64,000 nucleotides of DNA from Candidatus Versatilivorator sp. (GTDB taxonomy: Bacteria; Acidobacteriota; Terriglobia; Versatilivoradales; Versatilivoraceae): contig OZ242296.1 of NCBI GenBank assembly GCA_965207735.1, positions 4,608,001-4,672,000 on the forward strand, in the 5' to 3' direction. The translations under genes and the position numbers were made by a program. Of the stretch, positions 48,415 to 59,136 are shown in pieces (positions within the stretch are counted from its first letter, which is position 1; the number at the start of each line of letters is the position of its first letter). Under the pieces are notes generated by a model. That model saw only the letters and a program-made list of their open reading frames with translations. It ran no database searches and was not told the DNA's origin.

Positions 48415-49167
48415 CTACCCGGAAATCCGCTGCGAGGCGTCGTCCCGGGGGTCATAGCCCAGCTCGGCGCGGGCATTGGAGAGGTCCCAGAAGGCTCCCT
48501 TGTTGTTGGAGATGCCGTAGTAGACGCCGTAGCTGACATTGGCGCGCAGGCAGCGCTCCACCAGGTGGACCAGGTCGCGGTGGCTCAGCCAGGTTCGCAG
48601 AAACCTGGGATCGGTGGTGGGATCGTCGTCCGCCCGCACCGAGCCGATCCTGAGACAGATCGATTCCACTCCCCAGCGGGCGCAGTAGTAGCGGGCCAGA
48701 ATCTCGCCGAAGGCCTTGCTCACGCCGTAATCGCTGTCCGGCCGCATGGGGTGGTACACCGAGATAGGGACCGGTTCCGCCTGCGTGTGGAGATGCAGGT
48801 GGGGCGCGAAGCCCTCGTAGGCGCCGGTCACATGGTTCGAGCTGGCGAAGACCACCCGTTTTACCCCCGACACCCGGGCAGCCTCGTAGAGGTTGCGGGT
48901 TCCCTGGATGTTCACCCGGAACACGGGCTCCCAGGCGGTAGCGACCGCAACCTGGGCCGCCAGATGGATAACGCATTGGACCGGCGCCAGCTTGTCGAGG
49001 ACTTGCGACACTTGCTTGGCGTCGGCGATATCGGCCTGGAAGACCCGGTCGGAAAATGGCGGCGTGAGGTCCATTCCGCAGACCTCGAAGGATTTCCCCA
49101 GAGGGCCCCGCAGGACCCTTCCGATGAGACCGTTGATCCCGGTTATGAGCAGTTTGGGTTTGGTCAT
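48415..49167 (-). CDS. NAD-dependent epimerase/dehydratase (uronate dehydrogenase-like)
   Basis: ITGINGLIG, FASSNHVTG, YGVSKAFGE, LRIGS, WLSHRD. Confidence 0.85.
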   Translation of the reverse strand: MTKPKLLITGINGLIGRVLRGPLGKSFEVCGMDLTPPFSDRVFQADIADAKQVSQVLDKLAPVQCVIHLAAQVAVATAWEPVFRVNIQGTRNLYEAARVSGVKRVVFASSNHVTGAYEGFAPHLHLHTQAEPVPISVYHPMRPDSDYGVSKAFGEILARYYCARWGVESICLRIGSVRADDDPTTDPRFLRTWLSHRDLVHLVERCLRANVSYGVYYGISNNKGAFWDLSNARAELGYDPRDDASQRISG

Positions 49168-49291
49168 GGCGAAACCCGTGGATTATAGCAGGCCGTGACC
49201 GCAAGCGTGCCCCTTCTGCCGGTCCATTCCGGCTGTGATTGGCGGGGTGAGATGTCAGCTCGGGACCGGGGATCAATAATTTTTCATTATC

Positions 49292-49445
49292 AACATCGAT
49301 GCACAGGATGCACAGGATAAACATGACGACAGGTTCCTGCACGAGATGTCGGCTCGGCTGATGATCCGGAGCGGGCTCGCGAATGTTCCGGACTAGAGGA
49401 CAAGGAACATTCAGGAAAATCCTGCAAATCCTGTGCATCGATGTT
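49292..49445. repeat. 154-bp palindrome-bounded mini-element
   Basis: Perfect 18-bp inverted ends AACATCGATGCACAGGAT / ATCCTGTGCATCGATGTT; a related left half is at 15828-15895. Confidence 0.7.
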
Positions 49446-49807
49446 AATTATTCCTGTAAGTCCCGGAACGCCGGGTTTGCCTCCCACCGGCTCGACTGCG
49501 GGCTTCGCCTTGGTCTCGTGTAAGCCATGAATAGATTGCACATCTCTTGGTGATTTCCGGGGGGTGGCTTTGAAGGGCAATCGGATCGCTTGGTGTTGGG
49601 CGGGACGCCCGCGCTCCCGGGGGGTACCGTCCGGTTTCAGGGCGAGAGGGAGCCCTGCGGGTGACTTCTCACCGATGGGTCGCACACCCGGATGGGGTCT
49701 GGCTCTTGCCCGAGGGGAGCCCAACTCGGCTATAATTCGGGAGTATCCTGAGGGGGCTCCTGCTCCCGGCGTTTTTCGCTCTCAGGTCCGGCTTTCAAGG
49801 AGTGATC

Positions 49808-51334
49808 ATGTCCTTATTTCAAGAAAGCATTTTGGAACTCATTACCGAGACCTCCACCAACCTGCCTCCGGACGTGCGGCGGGCCATGGCGGACGGCCTG
49901 CAAGCCGAGACGCCCGCCACCCAGGCTTCCCAGGCCCTCAACGTCATCGCCACCAATATCGACATGGCTACCCAGGACGAGGGCCCCATCTGCCAGGACA
50001 CCGGGATGCCCACCTTCAAGATCAGGACCCCGGTGGGCACGAACCAACTGGCGCTGCGGCAGGACCTCCACCAGGCCATTGCCGAGGCCACCCGGAGGGG
50101 CAAGCTCCGGCCCAACTCGGTGGACTCGCTGACGGGCAAGAATAGCGGCGACAACCTGGGCGCCGGCACCCCCATCGTCCATTTCGAGCAGTGGGAGAAC
50201 ACCGAGGAGATCGAGATCAAGCTGATCCTCAAGGGAGGAGGCTGCGAAAACAAGAACATCCAGTACTCCGTCCCCTGCGAGCTGTCCCACTTGGGCAGAG
50301 CCGATCGGACCCTGGACGGGGTTCGCAAGTGCATCCTGCACGCTGTCTGGCAGGCCCAGGGGCAGGGGTGCAGCGCCGGGGCCGTGGGTGTCTGCATCGG
50401 AGGCGACCGCACCTCCGGATACACTCACGCCAAGGAGCAGCTCTTCCGGACCCTGGACGACACCAACCCCAACCCGCAACTGGCCGCTCTGGAGGACTAC
50501 ATCATGAAGGCCGGAAACACCCTGGGGATCGGCACCATGGGCTTCGGGGGAGAGGTGACGCTGATCGGCTGCAAAGTCGGGGTCCTCAACCGGTTGCCGG
50601 CTTGCTTCTTCGTGTCGGTGGCCTATGACTGCTGGGCTTTCCGGCGGTTGGGGGTCATCCTGGATGCCGGGACCGGGGCTCTGAAGCGCTGGCTCTACCG
50701 GGAAGACCAACCGGCAGCTCCCATGGCGGCCGGGGAGGGATTTCCGAGCACGGGCAGGGAGGTCCGGTTGCAGGCACCCATCTCTGCCGAACAGGTGCGC
50801 GGGCTCAAGATGGGCGACGTGGTGCTGGTCAACGGCGAGATCTACACCGGCAGGGATGCCGTCCACGCCTATCTGATGAAGAACGATGCCCCGGTGAAGC
50901 TTCAGGGGAGCGTGCTCTACCACTGCGGTCCGGTGGTCCTGAAAGACAACGGCCATTACCGGATCACGGCGGCCGGACCCACCACCAGCATTCGCGAGGA
51001 ACCCTACCAGGCCGATATCATCGAGCGGTTCGGCATTCGGGCCGTGATGGGAAAAGGAGGCATGGGATCCAGGACGCTGGCGGGGCTGAAGGCCTCGGGC
51101 GCCGTCTACCTGAACGCCATCGGTGGGGCGGCCCAGTACTATTCCCGCTGCATCGAGGAGGTGAAGGGCGTCCACCTGCTGGAATTCGGGATTCCGGAGG
51201 CCATGTGGCACCTGCGGGTCAAGGACCTGCCCGCCATCGTCACCATGGATTCCCACGGCAATTCCCTGCACGCCGACGTCCACAACGCCTCGGCCATTCT
51301 GCTGTCCAAGCTGGCCGAGCCTGTCTTTACCTGA
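49808..51334 (+). CDS. Class I (Fe-S) fumarate hydratase, fused alpha/beta
   Basis: PICQDTG, KGGGCEN, TGRDAVH, AGPTTSIRE, MGKGG, EAMW; AGGAG RBS. Confidence 0.92.
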   Translation: MSLFQESILELITETSTNLPPDVRRAMADGLQAETPATQASQALNVIATNIDMATQDEGPICQDTGMPTFKIRTPVGTNQLALRQDLHQAIAEATRRGKLRPNSVDSLTGKNSGDNLGAGTPIVHFEQWENTEEIEIKLILKGGGCENKNIQYSVPCELSHLGRADRTLDGVRKCILHAVWQAQGQGCSAGAVGVCIGGDRTSGYTHAKEQLFRTLDDTNPNPQLAALEDYIMKAGNTLGIGTMGFGGEVTLIGCKVGVLNRLPACFFVSVAYDCWAFRRLGVILDAGTGALKRWLYREDQPAAPMAAGEGFPSTGREVRLQAPISAEQVRGLKMGDVVLVNGEIYTGRDAVHAYLMKNDAPVKLQGSVLYHCGPVVLKDNGHYRITAAGPTTSIREEPYQADIIERFGIRAVMGKGGMGSRTLAGLKASGAVYLNAIGGAAQYYSRCIEEVKGVHLLEFGIPEAMWHLRVKDLPAIVTMDSHGNSLHADVHNASAILLSKLAEPVFT

Positions 51335-51390
51335 GCCACCTCCGCTCCGGCAGCGGCCCGCTCGAGGGCACGGGCTTGCCGGCCGATCCC

Positions 51391-51419
51391 TTGCAAGCGG
51401 GAAGCGGACCGACTATATT
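51391..51419 (+). promoter_or_regulatory. Putative sigma70 promoter for tRNA-Gly
   Basis: TTGCAA-17 nt-TATATT. Confidence 0.55.
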
Positions 51420-51457
51420 GAGGGCTGCCGCACCGCCTTTTGGCGAGGCAGGAACGA

Positions 51458-51532
<75 letters not shown>

Positions 51533-51698
51533 TCTTTTCCTTATTCAGCAAGCCCATTAGCACACAAGACCACTGCACCCCCCGGTCAGCTCCTCAACAT
51601 CGCTCTCCCGTGAGGGGGATTCGGTCAGACGCGGGCGACGCCCGCGGTCGAGCCGATGGAATCCGGAAACTCCCTGAAAAAAGAAAAGGCGCCTCGCC

Positions 51699-53027
51699 AT
51701 GAGTGAGCGGCCCTCCACCACCGCCTCCGCCCGGCCCACAGGCATCCGCTGGCTGGTGTTGGCACTGGCTTGCGTGACCAGTTGGTTTCTCTACCTGCAC
51801 CGGTACTCCTGGGGCGTCATCAAGCCGGAGGTCAAGTCGGAATTCGGATTCTCGGACACCCAGTTGGGGTGGCTGGACTCCGCCTTCAACCTCTCCTATG
51901 CCCTGTTCCAGGTTCCCGGCGGCCTGCTGGGGGATCTGCTGGGGCCGGCGCTGGTGTTGCCGGTCATCATCTTCGCCTGGTCCGGTTGCGTGGCCGGCAC
52001 CGCCATGGTGGGACAGGCCTGGTCCTTTGCCGCCGTGCGCACCCTCTTCGGCCTGACCCAGGCCGGGGCCTATTCCAATCTCTCCAAGGTGACCCGCAGC
52101 TGGTTCCCCTTGTCGGTGCGCACCACCGCTCAGGGGCTGATCGGATCCTTTTCCGGACGGGCCGGCGGGGCCAGCGCCGCCCTGGTCGTCGGCACCTTGC
52201 TGCTCGGCTGGCTGCAGATGGGGTGGCAAGCGGCCATGGGGTGGCTGGCGCTGGCGGGAATCTGCTTTGCCGTTGTTTTTCGACTGCTGTTCACCGACAG
52301 CCCGGCCGGGCACCCCTGGGCCAATTCGGCGGAACAGGCGCTGATGGACCGCGAAGAGCCGGTCCAGGCGCCCGCATCCGGCGCCGCGCCCCGCCTGGAC
52401 CGGAGCCGGCCGGCCTTGGCCAACCTCGCCATGCTCATGCTTCATGGGGTGGCCAGCGCCGGCGCCGACATGCTCTACGTCTATTGGATCCCGCTCTTCC
52501 TGAGCGAGGCCAAGGGGTTCGACCCCGTCCAAATGGGGATCTTCGCCAGTCTGCCCCTCTGGGGCGGAGCGGCCGGCGGGGCCTTTGCCGGGGTGCTCAA
52601 CGACTGGCTCATTCGTCTCAGGGGTCGCAAGTTCGCCAGGAAGGCCGTGGGGCTGACAGGCAAGGTGCTGGCTTCCGTCCTGGTCCTGATCAGCCTCGAC
52701 CTGGAGGATGGTCGCCTGATCATGGTTCTGCTGGCGGGAGCCAAGTTTCTGACCGACTGGAGCCAGCCCACGGTCTGGGGAACCATTACCGACATTTCCG
52801 GTCCGGCCTCGGGCCGGGTCTTCGGAGCCGTCAACATGGCCGGCTCGGTGGGGGCCTTCGTGTCGGGACCCGTCCTGGGCTGGATCAAGCAACGGCTGGG
52901 CTGGTCGGTTCTCTTTCAAACCATTGCCGGAGCCTACGTTTTCGCGGGATTGTGCTGGCTGGCCATCGATGCCACCCGGAAAGTGTTCACCGTGGGGACA
53001 AACCCCTCCTCCGGACCCAACCCCTAA
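51699..53027 (+). CDS. MFS transporter (anion:cation symporter-like)
   Basis: About 12 TMs; YALFQVPGGLLGD, WFPLSVRTTAQG. Confidence 0.88.
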   Translation: MSERPSTTASARPTGIRWLVLALACVTSWFLYLHRYSWGVIKPEVKSEFGFSDTQLGWLDSAFNLSYALFQVPGGLLGDLLGPALVLPVIIFAWSGCVAGTAMVGQAWSFAAVRTLFGLTQAGAYSNLSKVTRSWFPLSVRTTAQGLIGSFSGRAGGASAALVVGTLLLGWLQMGWQAAMGWLALAGICFAVVFRLLFTDSPAGHPWANSAEQALMDREEPVQAPASGAAPRLDRSRPALANLAMLMLHGVASAGADMLYVYWIPLFLSEAKGFDPVQMGIFASLPLWGGAAGGAFAGVLNDWLIRLRGRKFARKAVGLTGKVLASVLVLISLDLEDGRLIMVLLAGAKFLTDWSQPTVWGTITDISGPASGRVFGAVNMAGSVGAFVSGPVLGWIKQRLGWSVLFQTIAGAYVFAGLCWLAIDATRKVFTVGTNPSSGPNP

Positions 53028-53037
53028 GGAGTGCCTC

Positions 53038-54090
53038 GTGCGCCTGGTCGACAACATCCTTACCGCGTTTTTCTTCTTGTGGCTGCTCCTGGCCAGCGGT
53101 TCCGCCGCCGGTCTTGCGGCAGACATTCTGACCATGGAGAATGGCGACCGCTTGACCGGCCAGGTGAAAAAGGTGACCGGCCAGAGGGTTTTCCTGAAGA
53201 CCGCCTATGCCGGCACCATTCAGATCGACTGGCTGAAGCTGCAGGGCTTCAGCAGCGACCGCCGGTTCGAAGTGGAGGTCGAGCGCGGGCGCAAGTACCG
53301 GGGCAAGCTGGTCCTGGCTGAGGGAAAGCTCACGGTCGCAACCGCCAAGGAGACGGTTTCTGTCGAGAAGGACCGGGTGGTGGCTCTGGCTCCCAAGGCC
53401 GAGAAGGAAGGCGGCAGCCTGTGGAGGGAGGTGGAGGGGACCCTGGACCTGGGCTACAACCTGACCCGCGGCCATTCCCGTCTCCATCAGTCATCGTTGC
53501 TGGCAAGAGCCGAGTACGATCAGGGCCATTACAAGATCTCGGGGGACCTCTCTTCGATCCTCAGCCGACACGAGGATACTGACCCCACCAGCCGTCAGAC
53601 TGCGAGGATCCGCATCGACCGATTCATCAGTCCCCATCTCTTCCATTTTTCCCTCGGCAACTTCGAGCGCAATGACCGGCAGAGGCTCAATTTCCGCACC
53701 CTTCTGGGAAGCGGTCTCGGTTGGACCTTGATCAAGAACAAGAAGGCGGAATTCTCCCTGATAGGCGGTCTCACGTTTACCGGTGAACGGTTTCGCATGG
53801 ACGAAGGGGCGGCGGCCCCACCGAACATACGTAGCGGGGAGGGGTTGGCGGGAGTTGAATGGAAGGTGGATCTGTTTGACTGGATTGAATTTTCCAGCAA
53901 GCTGACGACTCATCCAAACCTTAGGGATGCAGAGGACTACCGCCTTGCATACGACGGCACCATGCGAATGCCACTCTCGAAGAATCTTAGCTGGAGCCTC
54001 AGCTTCTACGATCGATATGCCCACCGACCTCCGGTGAGGGTGCAACGGAACGACTTTGGGCTGGTCAGTGCCTTCGGCATCCATTTTTAG
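53038..54090 (+). CDS. DUF481-like outer-membrane beta-barrel protein
   Basis: Signal peptide; NGDRLTG N-domain; amphipathic strands; terminal Phe; GTG start after AAGGAG. Confidence 0.75.
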   Translation: MRLVDNILTAFFFLWLLLASGSAAGLAADILTMENGDRLTGQVKKVTGQRVFLKTAYAGTIQIDWLKLQGFSSDRRFEVEVERGRKYRGKLVLAEGKLTVATAKETVSVEKDRVVALAPKAEKEGGSLWREVEGTLDLGYNLTRGHSRLHQSSLLARAEYDQGHYKISGDLSSILSRHEDTDPTSRQTARIRIDRFISPHLFHFSLGNFERNDRQRLNFRTLLGSGLGWTLIKNKKAEFSLIGGLTFTGERFRMDEGAAAPPNIRSGEGLAGVEWKVDLFDWIEFSSKLTTHPNLRDAEDYRLAYDGTMRMPLSKNLSWSLSFYDRYAHRPPVRVQRNDFGLVSAFGIHF

Positions 54091-54251
54091 GCGGCCACCG
54101 TAGCGACCGAGTAAGCAAATCGCGGCATGGTATGCTTGCCATTCTTTTTGAGGGAGTGAGCCGGCAAGTCCGGGTGCTCTGCCTCGATACGGACTGGATG
54201 GGGATTGCCGTCGCTTATTGAGATCCGAGTGTCGGTCGGCAGAGGGGAACA

Positions 54252-55742
54252 ATGGAGGCAGTCGAATTCAGCCGGTTGAACCTGCTGGTGCTGGTGGTCT
54301 ACCTGTCGGCCCTGGTCTGGATCGGCCTGAGACTGGCGGGAAAGCAGCGGAGCACCGAGGATTTCTTCCTGGGCGGACGCCGCATGCCCTGGCTCGCGGT
54401 CGGAGTCAGCATGTTCGCCTCCCTCACCAGTGCGTCTTCCTTCCTGGGTGTCCCCGGCATTGCCTTTCGAGAAAACATCTCGATGGTGGTGCTCGGACTG
54501 GTGAGCCCGCTGGTGGCCCCTCTGCTGATCCTGATCTTCTATCCCTTCTACCGCCAGTTGCAGGTCATCACCGCTTACGAGTACGTGGATCTGCGCTACG
54601 GTCGGGCGGCGCGCTTGTGCGTGGCCGGATTGTTCTGCCTGGCCCGCATGGGCTGGTTGGGAGTGGTCATTTACTCTCCGGCCCTGGCCCTCTCGGTAAT
54701 GACCGGCATCGGCCTCTATCCCGCCATTTTCCTGATGGGGATTATCGCCACGGCCTATGCCACGGCAGGGGGACTGTCGGCGGTAATCTGGACCGACGTG
54801 CTCCAGTTCAGCCTGCTGGCGGGCGGCGCTCTGTGGGTGGCCCTGGCTCTGATGCACGGCGTGCCGGGCGGGGTGGCGCAAATCATGGCCGTGGCCGGCG
54901 AGACAGGCCGCCTGGACATCTGGCAGTGGCAGTTGAACTGGTTCGAGATGACGGCTTTGGGTGCGGCTCTCTCCTACCTGTTTCAGTTGATGCAGGACTA
55001 CGGCACCGACCAGGTCTCGGTGCAGCGCCTCCTGTCGGTTCGGGACGCCCGCGGCATGGCCAAGGCGGCCATCCTGAACTCCCTGATCGATCTCGTCCTG
55101 ATGAACGTGCTGCTGTTCGTGGGATTGGGCCTGTTCGCCTACTTTCAGTCTTTCCCGGAACGGCTGGCCGAGGGGGTGTCGGGTGACGGGATTCTGGCCT
55201 ACTACATAATCCACGCCCTTCCCGACGGCGTCTCCGGGCTGTTGATCACGGCCATCCTGGCGGCGGCCATGTCGAGCCTGGATTCGGGAATCAACTCGCT
55301 CTCCTCGGTCATCATGAACGACTTCATCAAGCCCTTCCGGCGCCGGACGGTCTCCAGCCTGTCGGAGGTCAAGCTGGCTCGGACCCTGACCCTGGTTCTG
55401 GGTATCTTCGCCATCGGCGCCGCCTGCTATACGGTGCGGATCGGCGAGATTCTCAAGGCCGCCTCGGCTTTTCTGAGTCTTTTCGGCGGTCCGGTGCTAT
55501 CGCTCTTTCTGCTGGGGATGTTGACCCGGCGAGCCCATTTCCGGGGGTGGATGCTGGGTACGCTGCCTTCGTTGGGAGTCTCGGTCTGGCTGCAGAACTG
55601 GACCGAGGTGCACTTCATCCACTATTTCCCCATCGCCTTCGGCATCAGCTTCGGCCTGGGCTACCTGGCCAGCCACCTTGTTCCCGGTCCCCGGGCAAAG
55701 CCGGAACTCACCCTTTGGGGGCGGCCTCCGATGAAGCTGTGA
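54252..55742 (+). CDS. Sodium:solute symporter (SSS family)
   Basis: DFFLGGR.MPW, GGLSAVIWTD, TDQ..VQR, AAAMSSLDS.INS. Confidence 0.92.
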   Translation: MEAVEFSRLNLLVLVVYLSALVWIGLRLAGKQRSTEDFFLGGRRMPWLAVGVSMFASLTSASSFLGVPGIAFRENISMVVLGLVSPLVAPLLILIFYPFYRQLQVITAYEYVDLRYGRAARLCVAGLFCLARMGWLGVVIYSPALALSVMTGIGLYPAIFLMGIIATAYATAGGLSAVIWTDVLQFSLLAGGALWVALALMHGVPGGVAQIMAVAGETGRLDIWQWQLNWFEMTALGAALSYLFQLMQDYGTDQVSVQRLLSVRDARGMAKAAILNSLIDLVLMNVLLFVGLGLFAYFQSFPERLAEGVSGDGILAYYIIHALPDGVSGLLITAILAAAMSSLDSGINSLSSVIMNDFIKPFRRRTVSSLSEVKLARTLTLVLGIFAIGAACYTVRIGEILKAASAFLSLFGGPVLSLFLLGMLTRRAHFRGWMLGTLPSLGVSVWLQNWTEVHFIHYFPIAFGISFGLGYLASHLVPGPRAKPELTLWGRPPMKL

Positions 55743-56720
55743 TCAGGTTTCCAGCACGCAGGCAAAGATCAGCGGCGCCACGATGGTGGCATCCGATTCG
55801 ATCACGTAGCGGGGGGTGTGCACTGCCAGCTTGCCCCAGGTGATCTTTTCGTTGGGGACGGCGCCCGAGTAGGAGCCGAAGCTGGTGACGGAATCGCTGA
55901 TCTGGCAGAAATAGCTCCAGAGCGGGGTGTCCTCCAGCTTCAGGTCCAGCTTGAGCATGGGAACCACGCAGATGGCGAAGTCGCCGGCGATACCCCCGCC
56001 AATCTGGAAGAAGCCGATGGAGCCCTGCCTTGAAGTCTCTCGATACCACTCCGCCAGCGACACCATGTATTCAATGCCACTGCGTACGGTTTGGGGGTTC
56101 TTGATGGTGCCCTTGATGCAGTAGGAGGCAAAGACGTTCCCCAGGGTCGAATCCTCCCAGCCCGGCACGAACAGGGGCAGATCCTTTTCACAGGCCGCCA
56201 CCACCCAACTGTCCCTGGGATCGATCTGGTAGGAGTCGTCCAGAGCCCGGCTGCGCAGCAGTTGATAGACATACTCGTGCGGGAGATAGCTCTTTCCCGC
56301 GGCTTCGGCCTGGTACCAGAGTTCCCGGATGGCGTGATCCAGCTTCAGCATGGCGGCCTTTTCGGGAATGCAGGTGTCGGTCACTCGATTGAAGGACCGG
56401 CTGAAGAGATCCTGTTCGGCCTCCGGGGTCAGGTCTCGATAGTTGGGGATGCGGAGATACTCGTCGTGAGCCACCAGGTTGAAGAGGTCCTCCTCCAGGT
56501 TGGCTCCGGTGCAACTGATGGCGTGGATCTTGTCCTGCCGAATCATCTCCGCCAGGCTGACCCCGATCTCGGCGGTGCTCATGGCCCCGGCCAGGGTCAC
56601 CAGCATGCGGCCCCCCGATGCGATGAGTTCCCGGTACCCGTCAGCCGCATCGGACAAGGCCGCCGCATTGAAGTGGCGGAAGTGACGTCCAACAAACTTG
56701 CTGATGGGGTTGGATTTCAT
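55743..56720 (-). CDS. Deoxyhypusine synthase-like protein (polyamine/homospermidine synthesis)
   Basis: LAGAMSTAE, CTGANLEED, NRVTDTCIPE, IGGG, SYSGAVPNEKITWGK, ESDATI. Confidence 0.9.
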   Translation of the reverse strand: MKSNPISKFVGRHFRHFNAAALSDAADGYRELIASGGRMLVTLAGAMSTAEIGVSLAEMIRQDKIHAISCTGANLEEDLFNLVAHDEYLRIPNYRDLTPEAEQDLFSRSFNRVTDTCIPEKAAMLKLDHAIRELWYQAEAAGKSYLPHEYVYQLLRSRALDDSYQIDPRDSWVVAACEKDLPLFVPGWEDSTLGNVFASYCIKGTIKNPQTVRSGIEYMVSLAEWYRETSRQGSIGFFQIGGGIAGDFAICVVPMLKLDLKLEDTPLWSYFCQISDSVTSFGSYSGAVPNEKITWGKLAVHTPRYVIESDATIVAPLIFACVLET

Positions 56721-56816
56721 GGAATCTGGAAGGCGCCCGGGCGGCCGTGACGGAAGGTTTGGGAAGCGGCCGCTCCCTTGAGAAAAACGACCGGAGCGGG
56801 CTCGGGCAGGGTCGCG

Positions 56817-58859
56817 TTACTGTTTGTCGGCCTTCGGGGTGGTGGCGTTCGTGGGAACGATCAGGGTCTGGCCCGGATGGATCAGATGGCCGCGGATGGC
56901 GTTGGCAGTCCTGAGCTGTCGGACCGAGACTCCGAATTTCCTGGCAATGGAACCCAGAGAGTCTCCGCGGCGCACCCGGTACCGGCCATTGGCGGCGCCG
57001 GTCTGTCGATTGCCGTTCGCCGCCGCCCGGACGGGTATCTTCAGCTTCTGACCCGCCAGAATGCGGGACCCTTTCAGCCGGTTGGCCCGCCGTATTTCGC
57101 CTACCGAAGTCCCGAAACGCCGGGCGATGATAGTCAGTGAATCGCCTCGCCTGACGCGATACAGCTTGGGCTGGGATGCCGGCGGCTGCGGCGAACCGGG
57201 CGGAGCTTGGGCTTTGGCCGAGGCCGTCGGCTCAGGACTGGCGGACTGCTTCGGAACCTGAGGCGAATCGGACAGCTTCAGCACCTGGCCCGGGTGAATG
57301 CGGGAGCCCCTGAGGCCGTTCATTCGCTTGATGGCTCCTACAGTGGTGCCGAACCGTCGGGCGATCACGCTCAGGGAGTCCCCCCGCCGGACTCGATAGC
57401 TCTCAGGCGCGGATGCCGCCGAAGCGGGCGCGGCCCGTGCCGCCGACTGTGACCGGGGGGAGCCGCCCTGGCCGGCCGAGGCTCGGGGCAAACCGGGGAT
57501 TCTCAAGACCTGGCCGGCATAGATCCGGGTTCCCTCCAGGTCGTTCAACCGTTGAACGGCCTTCACGGATGTCCCGAAGCGTCGCGCAATGACCGTCAAC
57601 GAGTCCCCCGATCGTACCCGATAGCCGTCCGGGGGCACCTTGGCGGGGGCGCCGCGCCAGCGGACGGCCGGGGCCTTGGCCAGGGCCAGCCGAGCCTCCG
57701 CCGCTTTGCTTGCCGGGACGCGGAGTTTGAAACCCGCCGGCAGAACCCGGGAACGGGTCCAGAGGCGGCGCTTGAACTGCGGGTTGTACTCCCGCAGGAG
57801 ATCCTGGGAAAGACCTTCAATGGCTGTGAAGGTCCTCACACGAACCGACGTTTCCAGGTAGATTTCCTGATACCGGTGGGGTTCCAACAGCTCCAGCGGC
57901 CCGAAGTAGGTGCGGTAGTTCTCGGAGACCTCGACGGCAGCCAGAAACTCGGGGTAGAAGTTCTTGCTGGCATAGCGGAACGACCTGGACTGGTACTTGT
58001 CGATGATGTTGAGGAGGTTGGGACCGTGACGGCGTTTGGCGCGGGCCATCCCGGCCTGGCCATGGTTGTAGGAGGTAATGGCCAGGGGCCAGTTGCCCAG
58101 TTTCCGATAGGCGTCCTTCAGATAGCGGGCGGCGCCGTCGGTAGCGGCGATGGGGTCCAGGCGTTCGTCGACGTTACGGCCTACCCGGAGCTTGTAGGCC
58201 CTGCCGGTCCTGGGCATGAACTGCCAGATGCCGGCGGCGCCCTTGCTGGAGCGGGAAGCATAGTTGAAGGAGGATTCCACGTGAGGGAGGCGCACCAGTT
58301 CTTTGGGAAGCCCGTGGCGCTCGAAGATGGCTTCCATGGTCTCCAGGTAGCGACCGGAGCGAATGATGCCCTTCCGGAACCTCTCCTTCACGCCTCTCTG
58401 GGCATGGATGTTGTGGCGCAGCTTTCCAAAGAGGGCGCGGGTGGGTTGCAGGCCGGCGGAGCGCACTACCTTCAGGATGCTCCGTTGCACCGCGTCGGGA
58501 TTCTCGGGATTGGGGTCGTGGGTCCGCAAGCGGTTCATGGCAACCGACAGCCGGTGAATGCGGGCGCGCACTGTCCTCCGGTGGCGTCTGGAGGCGGCTC
58601 TGCTGCGGCCGATACCCTCCTTGAACTCGACCACCTCGTAGATCAGCCTCAAGTCGTCGGTGTCGTGAAGGATGACCTGGTTGGCGCCATACCGGGTGAA
58701 GACAGCCCGCCAGAAGGCGACCCTGGGCTCATATCCCCGGGAGGGAAACTGGTGCGCGATTTGTGTGAGTGAGAAGCTCGGGGATTGGGCCTGGGCCAGG
58801 GCGAGAGGCGTGACAAGCAGGAGCCCTGTCAGAACCCACGGCCAAGTCAATCGGTGCAT
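56817..58859 (-). CDS. Lytic transglycosylase (MltD-like) with four LysM domains
   Basis: VESSF, GIWQFMP, SYNHG SLT motifs; four YRVRxGDSLxxIARxFG repeats. Confidence 0.92.
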   Translation of the reverse strand: MHRLTWPWVLTGLLLVTPLALAQAQSPSFSLTQIAHQFPSRGYEPRVAFWRAVFTRYGANQVILHDTDDLRLIYEVVEFKEGIGRSRAASRRHRRTVRARIHRLSVAMNRLRTHDPNPENPDAVQRSILKVVRSAGLQPTRALFGKLRHNIHAQRGVKERFRKGIIRSGRYLETMEAIFERHGLPKELVRLPHVESSFNYASRSSKGAAGIWQFMPRTGRAYKLRVGRNVDERLDPIAATDGAARYLKDAYRKLGNWPLAITSYNHGQAGMARAKRRHGPNLLNIIDKYQSRSFRYASKNFYPEFLAAVEVSENYRTYFGPLELLEPHRYQEIYLETSVRVRTFTAIEGLSQDLLREYNPQFKRRLWTRSRVLPAGFKLRVPASKAAEARLALAKAPAVRWRGAPAKVPPDGYRVRSGDSLTVIARRFGTSVKAVQRLNDLEGTRIYAGQVLRIPGLPRASAGQGGSPRSQSAARAAPASAASAPESYRVRRGDSLSVIARRFGTTVGAIKRMNGLRGSRIHPGQVLKLSDSPQVPKQSASPEPTASAKAQAPPGSPQPPASQPKLYRVRRGDSLTIIARRFGTSVGEIRRANRLKGSRILAGQKLKIPVRAAANGNRQTGAANGRYRVRRGDSLGSIARKFGVSVRQLRTANAIRGHLIHPGQTLIVPTNATTPKADKQ

Positions 58860-59136
58860 AGCGCTATTAGAGTACAACTGAATGGGTTCGAAATCCAAAA
58901 ACTCTTTTCCGGGTGGCGATGAATTTCTTTGGGAACGGCCGGCCCGGTGATGCTTGTCCGCGGGGGTTGCACTCTTGCGAAGAGTGCCGAGGATTCAGCC
59001 ATTGGCGCAACTCGCCGCCAGGCGATAGCTTCAACCCTGAGGCTTTTTGTCCTTCAGATCGATCCTCCAGGTCTGTCATAATAGGCGCCGGTTTGGCTGC
59101 CTGCCTCTGTCTCGATGCTCCCGAGGAACTCAAGGT

